A stretch of 47,153 bases of DNA from Diploschistes diacapsis (lineage: Eukaryota), in NCBI GenBank assembly GCA_023645945.1, contig JALAIB010000022.1, positions 1 through 47,153 on the forward strand, read 5' to 3'. The translations under genes and the position numbers were made by a program. Below the pieces are notes generated by a model that did no database searches, was not told the DNA's origin, and was given only the letters and a program-made list of their open reading frames with translations. Positions 1 to 11,639 of the stretch are shown here, in pieces; position 1 is the first letter of the stretch; each line of letters starts with the position of its first letter.

Positions 1-149
1 TCCCCCCACTTCTCCCCCCACTTCTCTCTCCTCCTTTGCACGTGGTTCTCGGCCTCTACATCCACCGCTTCATTTCCCCCTTCTTCTATTCATTTAGTCA
101 TGGTAGCTCAGGCTAAATCAAATGAAAGAGCTTAGAAGCAAGTCCGTTT

Positions 150-191
150 CTGTATGAGAGTACGGTAAGCTGTATGAGAGTATGGTAAGCT
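150..191. repeat. 20-bp tandem duplication
   Basis: ctgtatgagagtacggtaag followed by ctgtatgagagtatggtaag(ct). Confidence 0.75.
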
Positions 192-3100
192 TGCGCATGA
201 CATACTTGCACCGGACGAACCACGCCGCTGCAAGGCTACTACTGCATTGTTGGCTAATCTATCGAGACAATCGTGATGCAGTGATGGACGGACAGGTACC
301 TCCAATGGCTCCCCGCATTATCCAGCGCAAGGAGAGGGCAAAGTGACGAAGATGTGATGATGTAACGCGCACATACTCTCCACTATTTGAATCGAGATCA
401 ATACTCGTCTGCGGTATGTGATGAGCATCTCTCAGGGCGCGTACACAAGGCTTTTCTGCACAAACAAACTCACTTTCCACCGCTGCAGCACCACACCAAG
501 TATCGGCTGAAAAGCTGGACGACCTATGAGCGCTTCAGCGCAATATACCACCATACCTCATCGATCGCATGCCGAATCACCAAGAGAGCATACCCACGCT
601 AGAAGACCAATAAGAAGTGCAGTTGCTATTAGCCAACGCCAACGGCGCACTGTACGTTAGGTGCCCCTTCCCACCCCTTTCTGACGAGATGAAACATCCA
701 TCCAATCAGATTGTCGCCTAGTACTTTTTGTTTTCGTGCAACGCACAAGGCTGTTACCCACATCCCACATAAGTACCCAGTAGCTGGTTGTACGAAGTAC
801 GTCTTACAACAGAGTATTTGCTATCATGTAACAACAACCGCAATCGATAGCACCTTCGGACACAAGTCGTCCGAGGTTGCAGCTGAAACGTCCGTATGGT
901 ATGGCGGGACAGATTCTGGTTGGCTTGTTTCGATGCGGGGGCCAAAAGCCTCCGAGGTGGTACGCCCAAACGGGAGGTGTTCCCCTTCAGCAGATAATGA
1001 GAGTGTTTGAAATTACTGCAACGTGGGGACTCCCAACCTTCAGCCGGTGACTTTTCCACAGTATACTACGCCAGCAGCGCCCATAAACGATGTAGCATCC
1101 AAGAAACGGGCGCTGGTTCGTAGGAGGATGCATCGATATCAGGGCCACAAGGCAGCAAGCAGTGTAACTCAAATTACCACTTCTCAATTCAAAATCCCTC
1201 GGGCTGCTTTCCTTATCTCCCCTAATCCCCCCCGCCGAGTTCCCCCTAGCGTCACCTATCGCACACGCCTCCGAGACCTCGGCAACTTCACGTGCAACTG
1301 GAAAAGCAGGATTCGTTCCTGAATTTAGTTCTACTGGGGGGGTATGCTGTCTCGGGTTGGCAGGTGGGCTGGGTAGGTTCTCTCCCACCTTCCTCGGTGC
1401 GCCGTTGCAGTTTTGCCTCATCTATCACTTGGGCCTCGTTCCTCTTCGCCTCGTTCCTCTTCGCCTCTTGCCTCGTGCCTCAGGGGGTTATACTTTGCCA
1501 CTCGTATAAGGATTTTAGTCAAAGGCGAACGGTAAAAGGCAAAGGCAAAAACAAAAAGTCAAAAGACGAAAGGCGAGAGTCCTGTAACCGAGCCGGGCGA
1601 TGACAGGGTGCGGCCGATTTACTTCTGTATATTAGACCATATTACACTGCATACCTGAGATCGGTTACGGGCAACGACGACGCACTTCAAAAGGGAGCGT
1701 GCGGGAGAGACGGGGGGGCAAGCCAGCGAATTGAGCCAGAAAAAAACCCCAAGGGCGCTTACTGTGTCGTCTAGAATGAAAGTATGACCGCATGCCCTTT
1801 TTTTGACAGCGGTCTATCCGAGACCACGCGATAAGTATGTAATGTAATGCAGACAGCTTACGGGAGCAGAGGTTTAAGCAATGTATGTCCCGACCCGGAA
1901 GAAGACCTGGTGATGTCTCTGAAATGAATAATGATAGAGGGGGAGGGGAAGCTCTGGCCTGTCACGAAGGTAGGCTGGTAGTAGACGCTATGCAAGGAAC
2001 GACTTCCAAATCCCGCGCTAAAGATGGGATTCTAAGAAGGCGGCGAGGGGAAAAGGCTTCGGTGTGCCTGCTGATGTCTTCTGAGACAGGGCATCAGGGA
2101 GCAAAGCGGGTGGGTGGGGGACGACGACGATAGAGACTAAGAGGCGGGAAGTAAGGGATCGTGCTGAAAGAATGAAGAGCATGTGGGTGGAGCTGATGGG
2201 CACGTGAAGGCCGCGTGATGATGAGGATGTGATTGTGGAGGGCTTGCAGCGCTTATTGGGGGTGGGGGCACTGCATTGCTTCGAGTTGTAAGACAATCTG
2301 CTAGGTACTAGGCAGTCACGTATTTCGCTTACGATGATGTTGAAAGAAAAAAGGCTAGGATGAAGGGCAATAAACTGCATGGGGCATCGAACCGAGGAGT
2401 AAAGAAGGTAAGAGCGTTAGCAAGCAAGCGGGTCCGGTATTAATTATACAGATGGTGTTCTCTCCACGTCTATTCCTTCTGTTTAAAATGCATGAAATGG
2501 ATATCTGTAATTCTAAACCTCCCAAGCATAAAGTCAGATCAAGGGTGCACGCTAGCTTGAGCAGAACCAGCCCTCCCAAGCAGCGAGCAAAAGTAATCAG
2601 AATGACGCTTTTTCCTTTCCAGCAAAATGGGTATAGCGAATGAAACACGACTCAAAGCCCAGGACAAGCAAGGTAAATAACGCGAGGCTATCAAGCAAGA
2701 GCATTGTCGCAAAAGAGCAGAAGTAAAAATAGCTCTGAGCAGGCCAGCAGGGGGAAACGCCGCTGCCTGCGAGCCTGGTCCTAGTAAATAAGCGGACCGT
2801 TTTTGAAGAGCTCAAAAGCGGCAGCGAATAAGCAACGCTGACCAACACGATGACCCCGGGTCGTCGCGATGTCTTGTAAATTGTCATCGGCGATCAACAA
2901 TATCGGTGATCAGTCGTATGGTCGGGATATCATATCAAAAGCCAAGCAAAAAGTAGGCAACGCAAGACAATGCAAGCGAGTTGGTCGAATAGCTGAAGAG
3001 TTTAAGGGTAAAATCGGCATAAGAGTAGTAGTTCTTGTGGGGGTCTGGACAGAACGGAGAGTCTCAAGAGGAGAAGTCGCTTCCACCAGTCATGTTGAGT

Positions 3101-3255
3101 AGGTCGTGAGACTGCCACTCAAGGTCAGGCGAAAAGGGTGAGTAAAAAAAACCGAAGGCGCCATCCTGGTGTTGCCACCATCCCAAGTTTTATAGTTGCA
3201 TTCTTCAATCACATGTAAATTGTGTATTCCGGTCCATTGTCCAGTCGGGTTTTTT

Positions 3256-4470
3256 TTAGTTGCGCGGCTTGCGCATAATCTCATCGCAGTTGGCATCGAA
3301 GCGCATGATCCAAAGTCGAACATTAGTCATGAGTTTCTCTGTTTTCTCAAGTTCGCGATCGCGGCCGAAGATGCTCTTGACGAATTCGATGCCGCTCTTC
3401 TCTCCCATCACCCTGCCCTTGCCGCCTTCCTTCTTTGCCGCATGCCACATGAACTCCTCGCAAGACTTGAGAAGGTACTTGAGCTTTGCCCAGATACGGT
3501 CACCCGATTCGAGGAAATCTCTGATCATGTCGCGGTTGTCTCGACCGCGAATCCTGGATAGGCACTCTTCAGCTCGCCTCTTCTTGCCAGCGAACCTGAT
3601 GAGTAAAAGCCAGAGTTCGCCAGCGACTTCGGCGAGAGGCGAGTGCGCCTTGTGATGGTATACCGTCCAATCGTAGATCCACTTGCCAAGACTGTTCGCG
3701 TCAAAGACGGACCCTAAGAGAAGAATGGGAGCCTCAGTAGGATCCCAGTTTTTCAGGCAGTAGCCGGCGGGAATCTTGTGTCGAACGGCATCTTCGGCGT
3801 TGGGCTCCCGGGGTGCCTTGACAGGCTTGGCTGGGTTCGGCCGAGTGGCGGTTGAAGAACGGCGGGCTCGAGATCGCGTCGGTGTGTCAGCATCGTCAGT
3901 GGTAGTCTGCGTGAAGAAGAAATAACTGTCAGCTTTACGAGTCTTCTTCGTCGACGTCTGTCGCGTGACGCGGGGCTCAGTGCGGGCGTAGAGCGGCTCC
4001 TCGGCACTGCTGGAGTAATAGTAGCGATCTTCTGCTTTGGCAGGAGCATCTACGGAGATGCGCTGTTTCGGCGATCGAATGGACCCTCGACGCTTGTCGG
4101 CGCTGGTAGGAGCTCCGGCGCCGCCGCTGCTGCCGTGGCCAGACGTTGAATATCGTCTGGTCTTGGTGCGAGAATCTTGTGTACTCACATGCTCGTGTCT
4201 CGCAGCTGACGGCGACGGATAGCCCGGGCTGACCGTGTAATATGAGGGCGCAGGATAGCCAGCAGGCACACCCCAGGTAGCTGTTCGTGGGGGAGTATAT
4301 GAGGCCGTTCGAACATGTCTCTTGCTCGGAATCCGGCCATCGGGGGAAGTTTCAGGACTGCGATATTGTGATACATAGTAGTTGTATGCCTCATCCGGTG
4401 CCGGCGAGTTCGAAGCGGTAGTAGGGTAATCGTAAGGGTATCCCGGCGGGGGGACTTTGTAGTATGCCAT
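3256..4470 (-). CDS. Conserved fungal hypothetical protein (often annotated 'vegetative cell wall protein gp1'-like); Pro/Ser/Tyr-rich N-terminus and conserved C-terminal domain
   Basis: Single 404-aa ORF. The C-terminal block IPAGYCLKNWDPTEAPILLLGSVFDANSLGKWIYDWTVYHH...FVKSIFGRDRELEKTEKLM...RFDANC matches a family I recognise from Pezizomycotina. Confidence 0.85.
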   Translation of the reverse strand: MAYYKVPPPGYPYDYPTTASNSPAPDEAYNYYVSQYRSPETSPDGRIPSKRHVRTASYTPPRTATWGVPAGYPAPSYYTVSPGYPSPSAARHEHVSTQDSRTKTRRYSTSGHGSSGGAGAPTSADKRRGSIRSPKQRISVDAPAKAEDRYYYSSSAEEPLYARTEPRVTRQTSTKKTRKADSYFFFTQTTTDDADTPTRSRARRSSTATRPNPAKPVKAPREPNAEDAVRHKIPAGYCLKNWDPTEAPILLLGSVFDANSLGKWIYDWTVYHHKAHSPLAEVAGELWLLLIRFAGKKRRAEECLSRIRGRDNRDMIRDFLESGDRIWAKLKYLLKSCEEFMWHAAKKEGGKGRVMGEKSGIEFVKSIFGRDRELEKTEKLMTNVRLWIMRFDANCDEIMRKPRN

Positions 4471-7400
4471 GTTAGGGTTTGAGCATTAGAGATAACGAGG
4501 CGTATTTATCTCAGGGTACTCGAGGGCCCGAATCTGGCTGCTTGATCGAGTGTTGCAGGTGTCTTCGTAGTTGCGAGATTTGAATGTCCGACGCGCTCCT
4601 GTCTGAGGAAGAAGGTGAGGAGAAGAAGGAAAAGAGCTCGCTGTTCTTCTCAAACATGAAGACGGTGAATATTGGTGGATTGGTGAGTGTGCAGGCTCCG
4701 TTGACTCAAGGCGCCCTAAATGCGGAACTCCGAAAGAGAAACAGACAGAAATCAGATAGATTTGATGCTTGGTAAGCTTTGTGCGCAATGCGCGTCCTGT
4801 CTTGATAGGCAAGCTCTAGAATAAAGTTGCGAGCAAATTGTGATGTGTGAACATTGAATGGGCGAGGAGAGGGCGAGAAGGCGAGAAGGCGAGAAGGCGA
4901 GAGGGAGTGGGTTGGTAATAATGTACTTGGGCTGGGGAGAGATACACGCTAACCGTGACCCACCCCCCAATGTCCCGTCTCATTTTTATCACTGTTTCTC
5001 TTTCTTGCCTTATTTTATAATGTACGAACTAGGTATTCTACGGAATATGCCTTCTCTCTCATTATCTTTATTTTAGCTCTTTCTCATACTCCCTTCCCGA
5101 CGGTAGTATCAAGCAACTATAGTCCTTTGATTGGGAATCCTGGTCTCCCCCTGTGCCTGCTGACTGTTAATATCGTCCGATATGGACCAGCACTCGCTTG
5201 CCAATGATATGCGAAATAAGACGAAGTCCATGGTCGGTGCTTCGTACTCCACTTCCCATTTCCCTTGCCGTTGCTCCTGCGCCGATTAATATTTGTAGAG
5301 TACGAAGGCGAAGTCTGAAGCATAATCATCTCTCGAAATCGATTCCCCTTTTCAGTCAGTGCGGTGGATTTTGAAGTCCTTTCTGCGCGCAATAGCCATC
5401 AGGTACCAATGGCGCGCCCTATTGGGAGGGCTCGGGTGGCGGGGCTGGGGAGGAAGGATCCAGAATACTACAATTTCTTCGAGTACGGAGCAAACTGTTC
5501 ATGCAATGTGTCAAGAGCGGATAGATGTTCTGAGCAATATTGCGTCTACTTTGAGTGGCTTCGCGTCCGTGCCAGCCAGACACTTCCTAACGACCTAAGA
5601 TGTTCCCCAGCGGCTTCTACGGCCGGGCATTAATCCTCCGGAATGTCCGAGCCGGTCCCTCTGGCAAAATCACGTGAATATCACCGTTCCCGCAGAACTT
5701 GGACGACGGGTCAAGCTGTGTAACGTAGAAGATAGGTCGGACTCGAGAGCAATGATTCACCTCTGAACTATAGCAGATGCACGCAAGATGATTTCAGAAC
5801 TGGAACCTCCCGAGTCATATACCACAAAGGTCGGGATAGATGCACCCATGAAACGATACCCAAACCATACAACCTTCCCGCGAAGCGTGGACATTCCTAG
5901 AAGTTATGCAATGCAAGTAACAACACCGTGTCCTGCGAGATCCTCTGGGAAGGTGGTACCAACACCATTGGCAAGATGGTATGTTAAAGGACATCAGAGG
6001 TTCATACAACTAATCACTTCAGAAGACCTATTGAGGTTCTGTGCCTTGACGTAAGTTAGCAAGTATACTAAAGCACCTAAACAACTGAACGATGCTTGCC
6101 CTAAGATGATCACCATGTTTACAAGCACCCTAACCTTGCCGCTAGAGCTCGGGGTTTGTTAGCCCTTGGATCTTATAAATTAACGAGCAGTGACATGGAC
6201 CAGCTGTGCAAACCCATACATCTGTCGGGATGCTGCAATTTAACGGGCCTCACCTTGCATCTTCGACTGTGCCACAGTCATGCAACTTACCGTTTTGAAA
6301 AATCGGCAGGCATGGAATCTATTCTATTTTGTTTATGGTTGCATGCTCCCGAACTCGGATATCGTACAGTACAAGTACAGCGTATGCTCGTCGCTCTATG
6401 AACATGATTGAATCATGTTCAAGCTACACGGAGCTTCGTATGGACAAAAGATATTTCGATATGAACTGACGCGACAGGACAGGACATGACATGTTTGCCC
6501 ATAATTATCAGTGCCCAATGCTGGTTCTCGATATGCAGCAGGCGTATCGTTTTGTATCGTTTTGTATCGTTTAATCGGGTGCCGGGTCATTGACCAATTA
6601 AGGTTCGTCTTGCCTTTGCTCCAGGGTCGGTTAAATTTGAACCACGAATTCCTTGGTGCCCTTAATCTTGTCACGACTCACGAGCCTTTTAATTATAATT
6701 ACAAAGACCAAATCTCCCGGTTGTCTTTGTTGTGTGTGGCGAGAACATGGGTAGTGAACATTCTTCCGCTGTGCTGCCAGCCGTACTATTGGCTTATTTG
6801 TTGCTCCCTTCATATCAATTTCCACAACGCGTCTAACTTTAGCATGCCACCTTTGCTGGTGGACGGATGGGTGTCCTCACCGCTTTTGGAATCCGTGTTC
6901 ACCGTATTTGTTGTACCAAAGTATAAGGCGAAAGATTTTGCTAAAGTAGCGTACAGAGTACTTCCTTCAATCTAGCCAATGTTCTTATGCTGAGCTGTGC
7001 AGAAGCACTACTGATAAGACTAAATCTTCCCAACTGACAGACAGCAAACCATCGTTGGACGGAACGCGACGAAGGGGAGTGCAGGGCCTTTAGCGTTATT
7101 ATCGGCGCGTAACCGTCTTGAAAGAGCTTGTTCCAAAGTGCCTGATTCCACCAGCTTACGCAGGTATTTGAAAGCGTTGTATTGAACCCGCAAGTCAGCT
7201 GGACCTTGCTTCCAGGACACAAAGGACTACTACTACTACTACTAGAATTTGAGACTATTATATGAGGAATGCACCCGTGAACACGTGTACTGCTCACTAT
7301 GGTGGAGTTATGTAGGCTCAGAGTGCTAATTCCTAGAACTGTCGCACATAAATAGGCAGAGGTGCATAAGGCAAGCAACCAAAGGACGCAAGATCAAAAA

Positions 7401-10344
7401 TTCTTTTTTGTGTGCGCGAAATCTTGGCGAAGGATCAACAAGCGAGCCCGGTCTTGCCGCCCGACAGACAGCGGAAACGTTCCTCCTATACTTTAGTGAA
7501 GTAGTATACATTTGAAATGTTCCTACGAAAGATTGGTTGCTTTCTTCAACAAGTATCCCATTTCTTGTCTCGCTGCTGCTAAGACTATGATAGATGTGCT
7601 ATCCAACAGCTGTTTTTCCGAAAGCCATGATGAAATGGATCTTCGTCACCGACTCTATATAGGTATCAAAGATTTGAAGCAGCTTCCAATGCCTGGTATT
7701 TTTTGATCATATTGCTTCCAGGTCTCCTCTTCCAGCCGTCTAGGACACCAAGAACCGCCGAGTTTGAATGTGCTTTAATTCAAGACTTCCATCGGGCATC
7801 GATGCTTGGAACTACATGCTAGAACAGTATGGTGTCACGGTGAGATGGCCAGAAAACCCGCCTGGACATGATGGTAGCGGTTGCAATCAAGCTTAAATAG
7901 TAGTAACCAATCATGAGCGCTAAGGCTATCTTCCACCCAGGTAAGGGGTATTCTACTGATTGGAAGATGAGAGCTGTATTCGTTTCTGATGGTATATTTG
8001 CAGTCGAGAATATTCGACTTTGAGTTCCAAAGTGGGCTGTGCCTCCACACATCCACTAACCTTAATGCTACCTAGTCACAGCCGTCAAACCTGCAGCGCC
8101 GAGAAAGGCCCATACCATAAGGGCCATAAGGTTGAGCTGCTTTTCACTCGCTCTGTCCGTTTTCCACGTGCTTGATCAACGGCTCCTGTATCATCTACGG
8201 ACGGCTCTGCTTGCCATTTGTTCACGGCCAAGGTTTAGGGCTGGAACGCATATGCAGAAACCAGAACATCGGTACTTAGGAACCTTCCGTAAGGTATGAG
8301 GACCTAACCTAACCTTTGAGTTCATCACACCCCCCAGATTCCTGTGCACAGCAGCACGTTCATATGAGCGATACCACAGCAGTGATCTATGTCTGATACA
8401 GAGCTTTCATTCGGACCTTTTTGTTCTTGCCATTCCCCCTCCTTGAAACTGTGACAACCTCAGCGTGGTATATCTCCGAACGTCACGGCTTTGCAAACGT
8501 ATCGCGGAGATGCTACGCGCTCATGTCTTGCGTAAGCTAGACATCACTCACCGTATGTCTCTCTCACGAAGGTAATTACAGAGCACGCCCAGCTGTAAGT
8601 ACAAACCGTAGCAGCTAGTTGGGGCTCGTGTTGAGTCGGCCCGCACTACTCTCGCCTCTGCAGCCGATCATCATCCTATCTCAAAAGATCTCGACATTCT
8701 TTCTCCGAAGTCTTACCAAAAGGGACGTTCTTTGATCACAATCGGCTTCCTTGATACTCCTGGAAATTCATGTAGAAAATACTTAAGGTTATGGTTGTCC
8801 TTCAACCAGCAGCCATCACGGCATGCAATGAGACACATGCTACTGATCCATGGGCAAAGTGTTTCTTCTTATCACATCAATTTTTAGATTGAGTCGGGTT
8901 TCCCACCGACGGCTTCCCTTGCGGATCTTCGCATCTTTTAGAGTTGATAGAAAGTCAAAACAGCCGTGCTTTTCGTAGATCCCCCAAATGTAGAATCAAG
9001 GCAATGAAATTCCAGGGACGCTATACGGAGTCGTAAGCGACGACACTTTATCGGTTGGAGACGGCAAGGAGCTTTGTCCTTGTATGGTCATCAATGGTGG
9101 TGTTCACTCAATGCACATTTCTCCAAAGCAATCCATTCCAGCTTTTTTTGATGGCGAGCGAAGTCCGATGTTATGAATGATAGACTGCGGAATCCTGAAT
9201 CCATGCAGCGGAGTCGTATCCACATACTCCGACCAACGGCCCAATGATCGCCGCGATAACCTCACTTCAGGCAGTATGTTTCATGACTTGTTCAGCTGGA
9301 TGTGGCGATGATACCCATCGTTTCAAGCACTCGAGAAAGGAAGGCGACAGGTCAGTGCTGTTAGATGGGACGGCTTCTGCTAGAGTGAGCCATCTGATGT
9401 ATCAATCCGAATTCATCAACATTTTCAACAGTCGCTGATAGCCTTGCGCCATGTTCATTCACCCCCCCGTCCCAGAGCAGTCAGCAGCTAGACTTCTGAG
9501 TGTGGGTAGGAAGCAAGTCAAAACGCTGTGAGCTTGGAGGTCTCCACCACTTACTTCAGCAAGCACAAGGAGACCAAAGTAAAGATATTGGAAAGTATAA
9601 GTCAAGAGAGCTTTCTTAACGGACAGGCCTTTCTTGTGCATCAATATGCCTAAAGGAACGAATGCTCTTCGACATCAAAAGAGAGTTTAGAGAAGCATCA
9701 CACAAAAGATAGGGCTGGCCACAGAACCCAGCCTGGAGCCCATCAAGTCAAGGCATGTTTGTCGCTGAGTAACGGTCATAACAAGAACCAATTCCCCGAA
9801 AATTCGCAGTTGAAAGCCGACTGTGCACTGGGTAACCACTTGTGCTAGACAGTTCACTCGAGCGCAAAGTGCAGCCGCTTCCTTGAAGAAAGCTGATATT
9901 GCGTATATGAAACCAGAATTAGCCAACAGCGTTTGGGGCTGCGGAACAGGAGGATCCGCATTCAGTGGAAAGTAATAGCTATCGCTATGATCTTCGGTGC
10001 ATACAGTTCAAGTCCTCAAGATCCGGCTAATGAGGGTGGCCGGTCCTCAGGATGGCAGCCCACCCCCTTAAGAACGTTGGGACTTCTAAGAGGGCCAAGG
10101 GGTCTTGTTGGTTCAGGTCTGGCGGTACAGCACCTTGGAATTCGAGATCCTCCAATGAAGGGTCCAATGGGGTGCTCTTGACAGCAATAATTGCTAGAGT
10201 CGGATGCGTTGAAACAAAAAGGTCAGGCAGAGCGGCGTCTTCTCAAAGGCGTAGAAGGGAGGGAAAGGGGCTGCATAGCCATGCCGGCACATACAACGTG
10301 GTAGCACCTCGACCACGTTTCTGCAGGTACTACTTTACATGTAG

Positions 10345-10362
10345 TATATATATATATATATA
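10345..10362. repeat. (TA)9 microsatellite, candidate left flank of the element
   Basis: tatatatatatatatata read directly from the sequence. Confidence 0.9.
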
Positions 10363-10543
10363 GATGCCCCGAACCTATGGCAACACGTGACGGCAAGCTG
10401 ATTAAGGCGTCGCTGCTTTGCTCCCTCTTTGCTCGCCCTCAGCCCCTCGCTGCTCCCTCGTTGACTAGTTGGCCGCTGTAATTCTCCGGTAACTTTAGAC
10501 GACAGGCTGACAGGGAGTCATTACCGGCTCCATGTTGCAAAGG

Positions 10544-10561
10544 GGAGCCATATATGGCTCC
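10544..10561. promoter_or_regulatory. Perfect 18-bp palindrome with a TATA core upstream of the captain
   Basis: GGAGCCATATATGGCTCC, ending 174 bp before the ATG at 10735. Its function is inferred only. Confidence 0.4.
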
Positions 10562-10734
10562 TTGACCTCCCCACCCCGTCATGTTGTGCCTGCGACCCAT
10601 TGAGCCGCCCAGCTCAACTTGGAGCCCTTCCGTTCTTGTTCGTCTCGCCCTTTATTCATATCACTGCATAAAGTGTCTTGCCCAATTACTGCTCCTTGTC
10701 AATCGTTCAAGTCTAGTCCTTCTCGCAATTCACT

Positions 10735-11633
10735 ATGGGGAAAAAACGAACCGCGGCAGAATTCTTCGATGACGCGGTGACAAACGGTCATGAACCACTG
10801 GCTGTAACTGATCTTAATGCTGATAAAGTTTCCAAGGGGATCGAGGATAGTACTCAGGTAAACTACAGACGAATGCTGGACCTTTGGGACGAGTAAGCTC
10901 TTCGTTTTTACGTTCTCGCACCTTATTTTGGCCCTGCGCAGGCTCGCTGACCGAGTGATGGAATAGATACGAGAAGCGAAACCCTGGTGCCTGTCCTTGC
11001 GATACGAAAACTGCGAAGCATTTTATTGAGGGTGTTGTCCACGGCTGTTCTGCTGGCAAGAAAAGTCCGTCTTTAAACACGATGCTTCAGCAGTGGACAG
11101 ATTTCGGAGCTGGTTGGAAACGACGGCCGGGCAATATGAAGATTTTATCCGAAACTTCAGAATCTATCTACTTCGTAAGTCCCCTAGCCTCTGTTTTACT
11201 CCTTCCTTGTTGCAGACGCAAGATCTAAAAGTCCTCTCAGTATATAGAAACTGAGCTGCGCAAAAAGTTCAATCTATCAATCGATCGGCGAACTCGGCAT
11301 TATATGACGGTGCAGCATTTTGTCATTCTGATGAAACATATGTGGAAGAAGGATTGGCATCAATACAGGCATCCACGAACATTAATACAGGATCTCGCAG
11401 CATACTTGCTATTCATCTACTTCCGCCAGGGTTGGCGAGTGTTTCGAATCCAATATGCGCCGGGCTCCGGTCGTGGGCTATGGTACAAGGTAAGCAACCT
11501 GACTTTCACGGCATAGTCGAGTCGTAGAATTATCACGAACTATGCTAATGGTTGAGAGTAGCACATCGACTTCGTTGTTTTTAAGAGTGAGAATGGGAAG
11601 GCTGAGATCGCGATCCGTGTCACAAGAGACGCA
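10735..11633 (+). pseudogene. DUF3435 tyrosine recombinase (Starship captain-like), frameshifted and 3'-truncated
   Basis: Manual splicing gives exons 10735-10892, 10967-11174, 11241-11489 and 11562-~11633. These read MGKKRTAAEFF...NYRRMLDLWDE/YEKRNPG...KTAKHFIE...QWTDFGAGWKRR.../YIETELRKKFNLS...HFVILMKHMWKKDWHQYRHPRTLIQDLAAYLLFIY-SARVGECFES..R-GSGRGLWYK/HIDFVVFKSENGKAEIAIRVTRDA, the characteristic DUF3435 N-terminal half. Frameshifts occur at ~11421 and ~11463. Confidence 0.85.
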
Positions 11634-11639
11634 CCGCTG

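Noticed and set aside
259..3200. Many short ORFs in the first 3 kb
   Set aside because: They have no recognisable motifs or codon bias, and the sequence has simple repeats typical of intergenic or UTR DNA.
6544..7244. Small tandem repeats (gtatcgtttt x3; cta x6)
   Set aside because: These are ordinary slippage repeats with no supporting structure.
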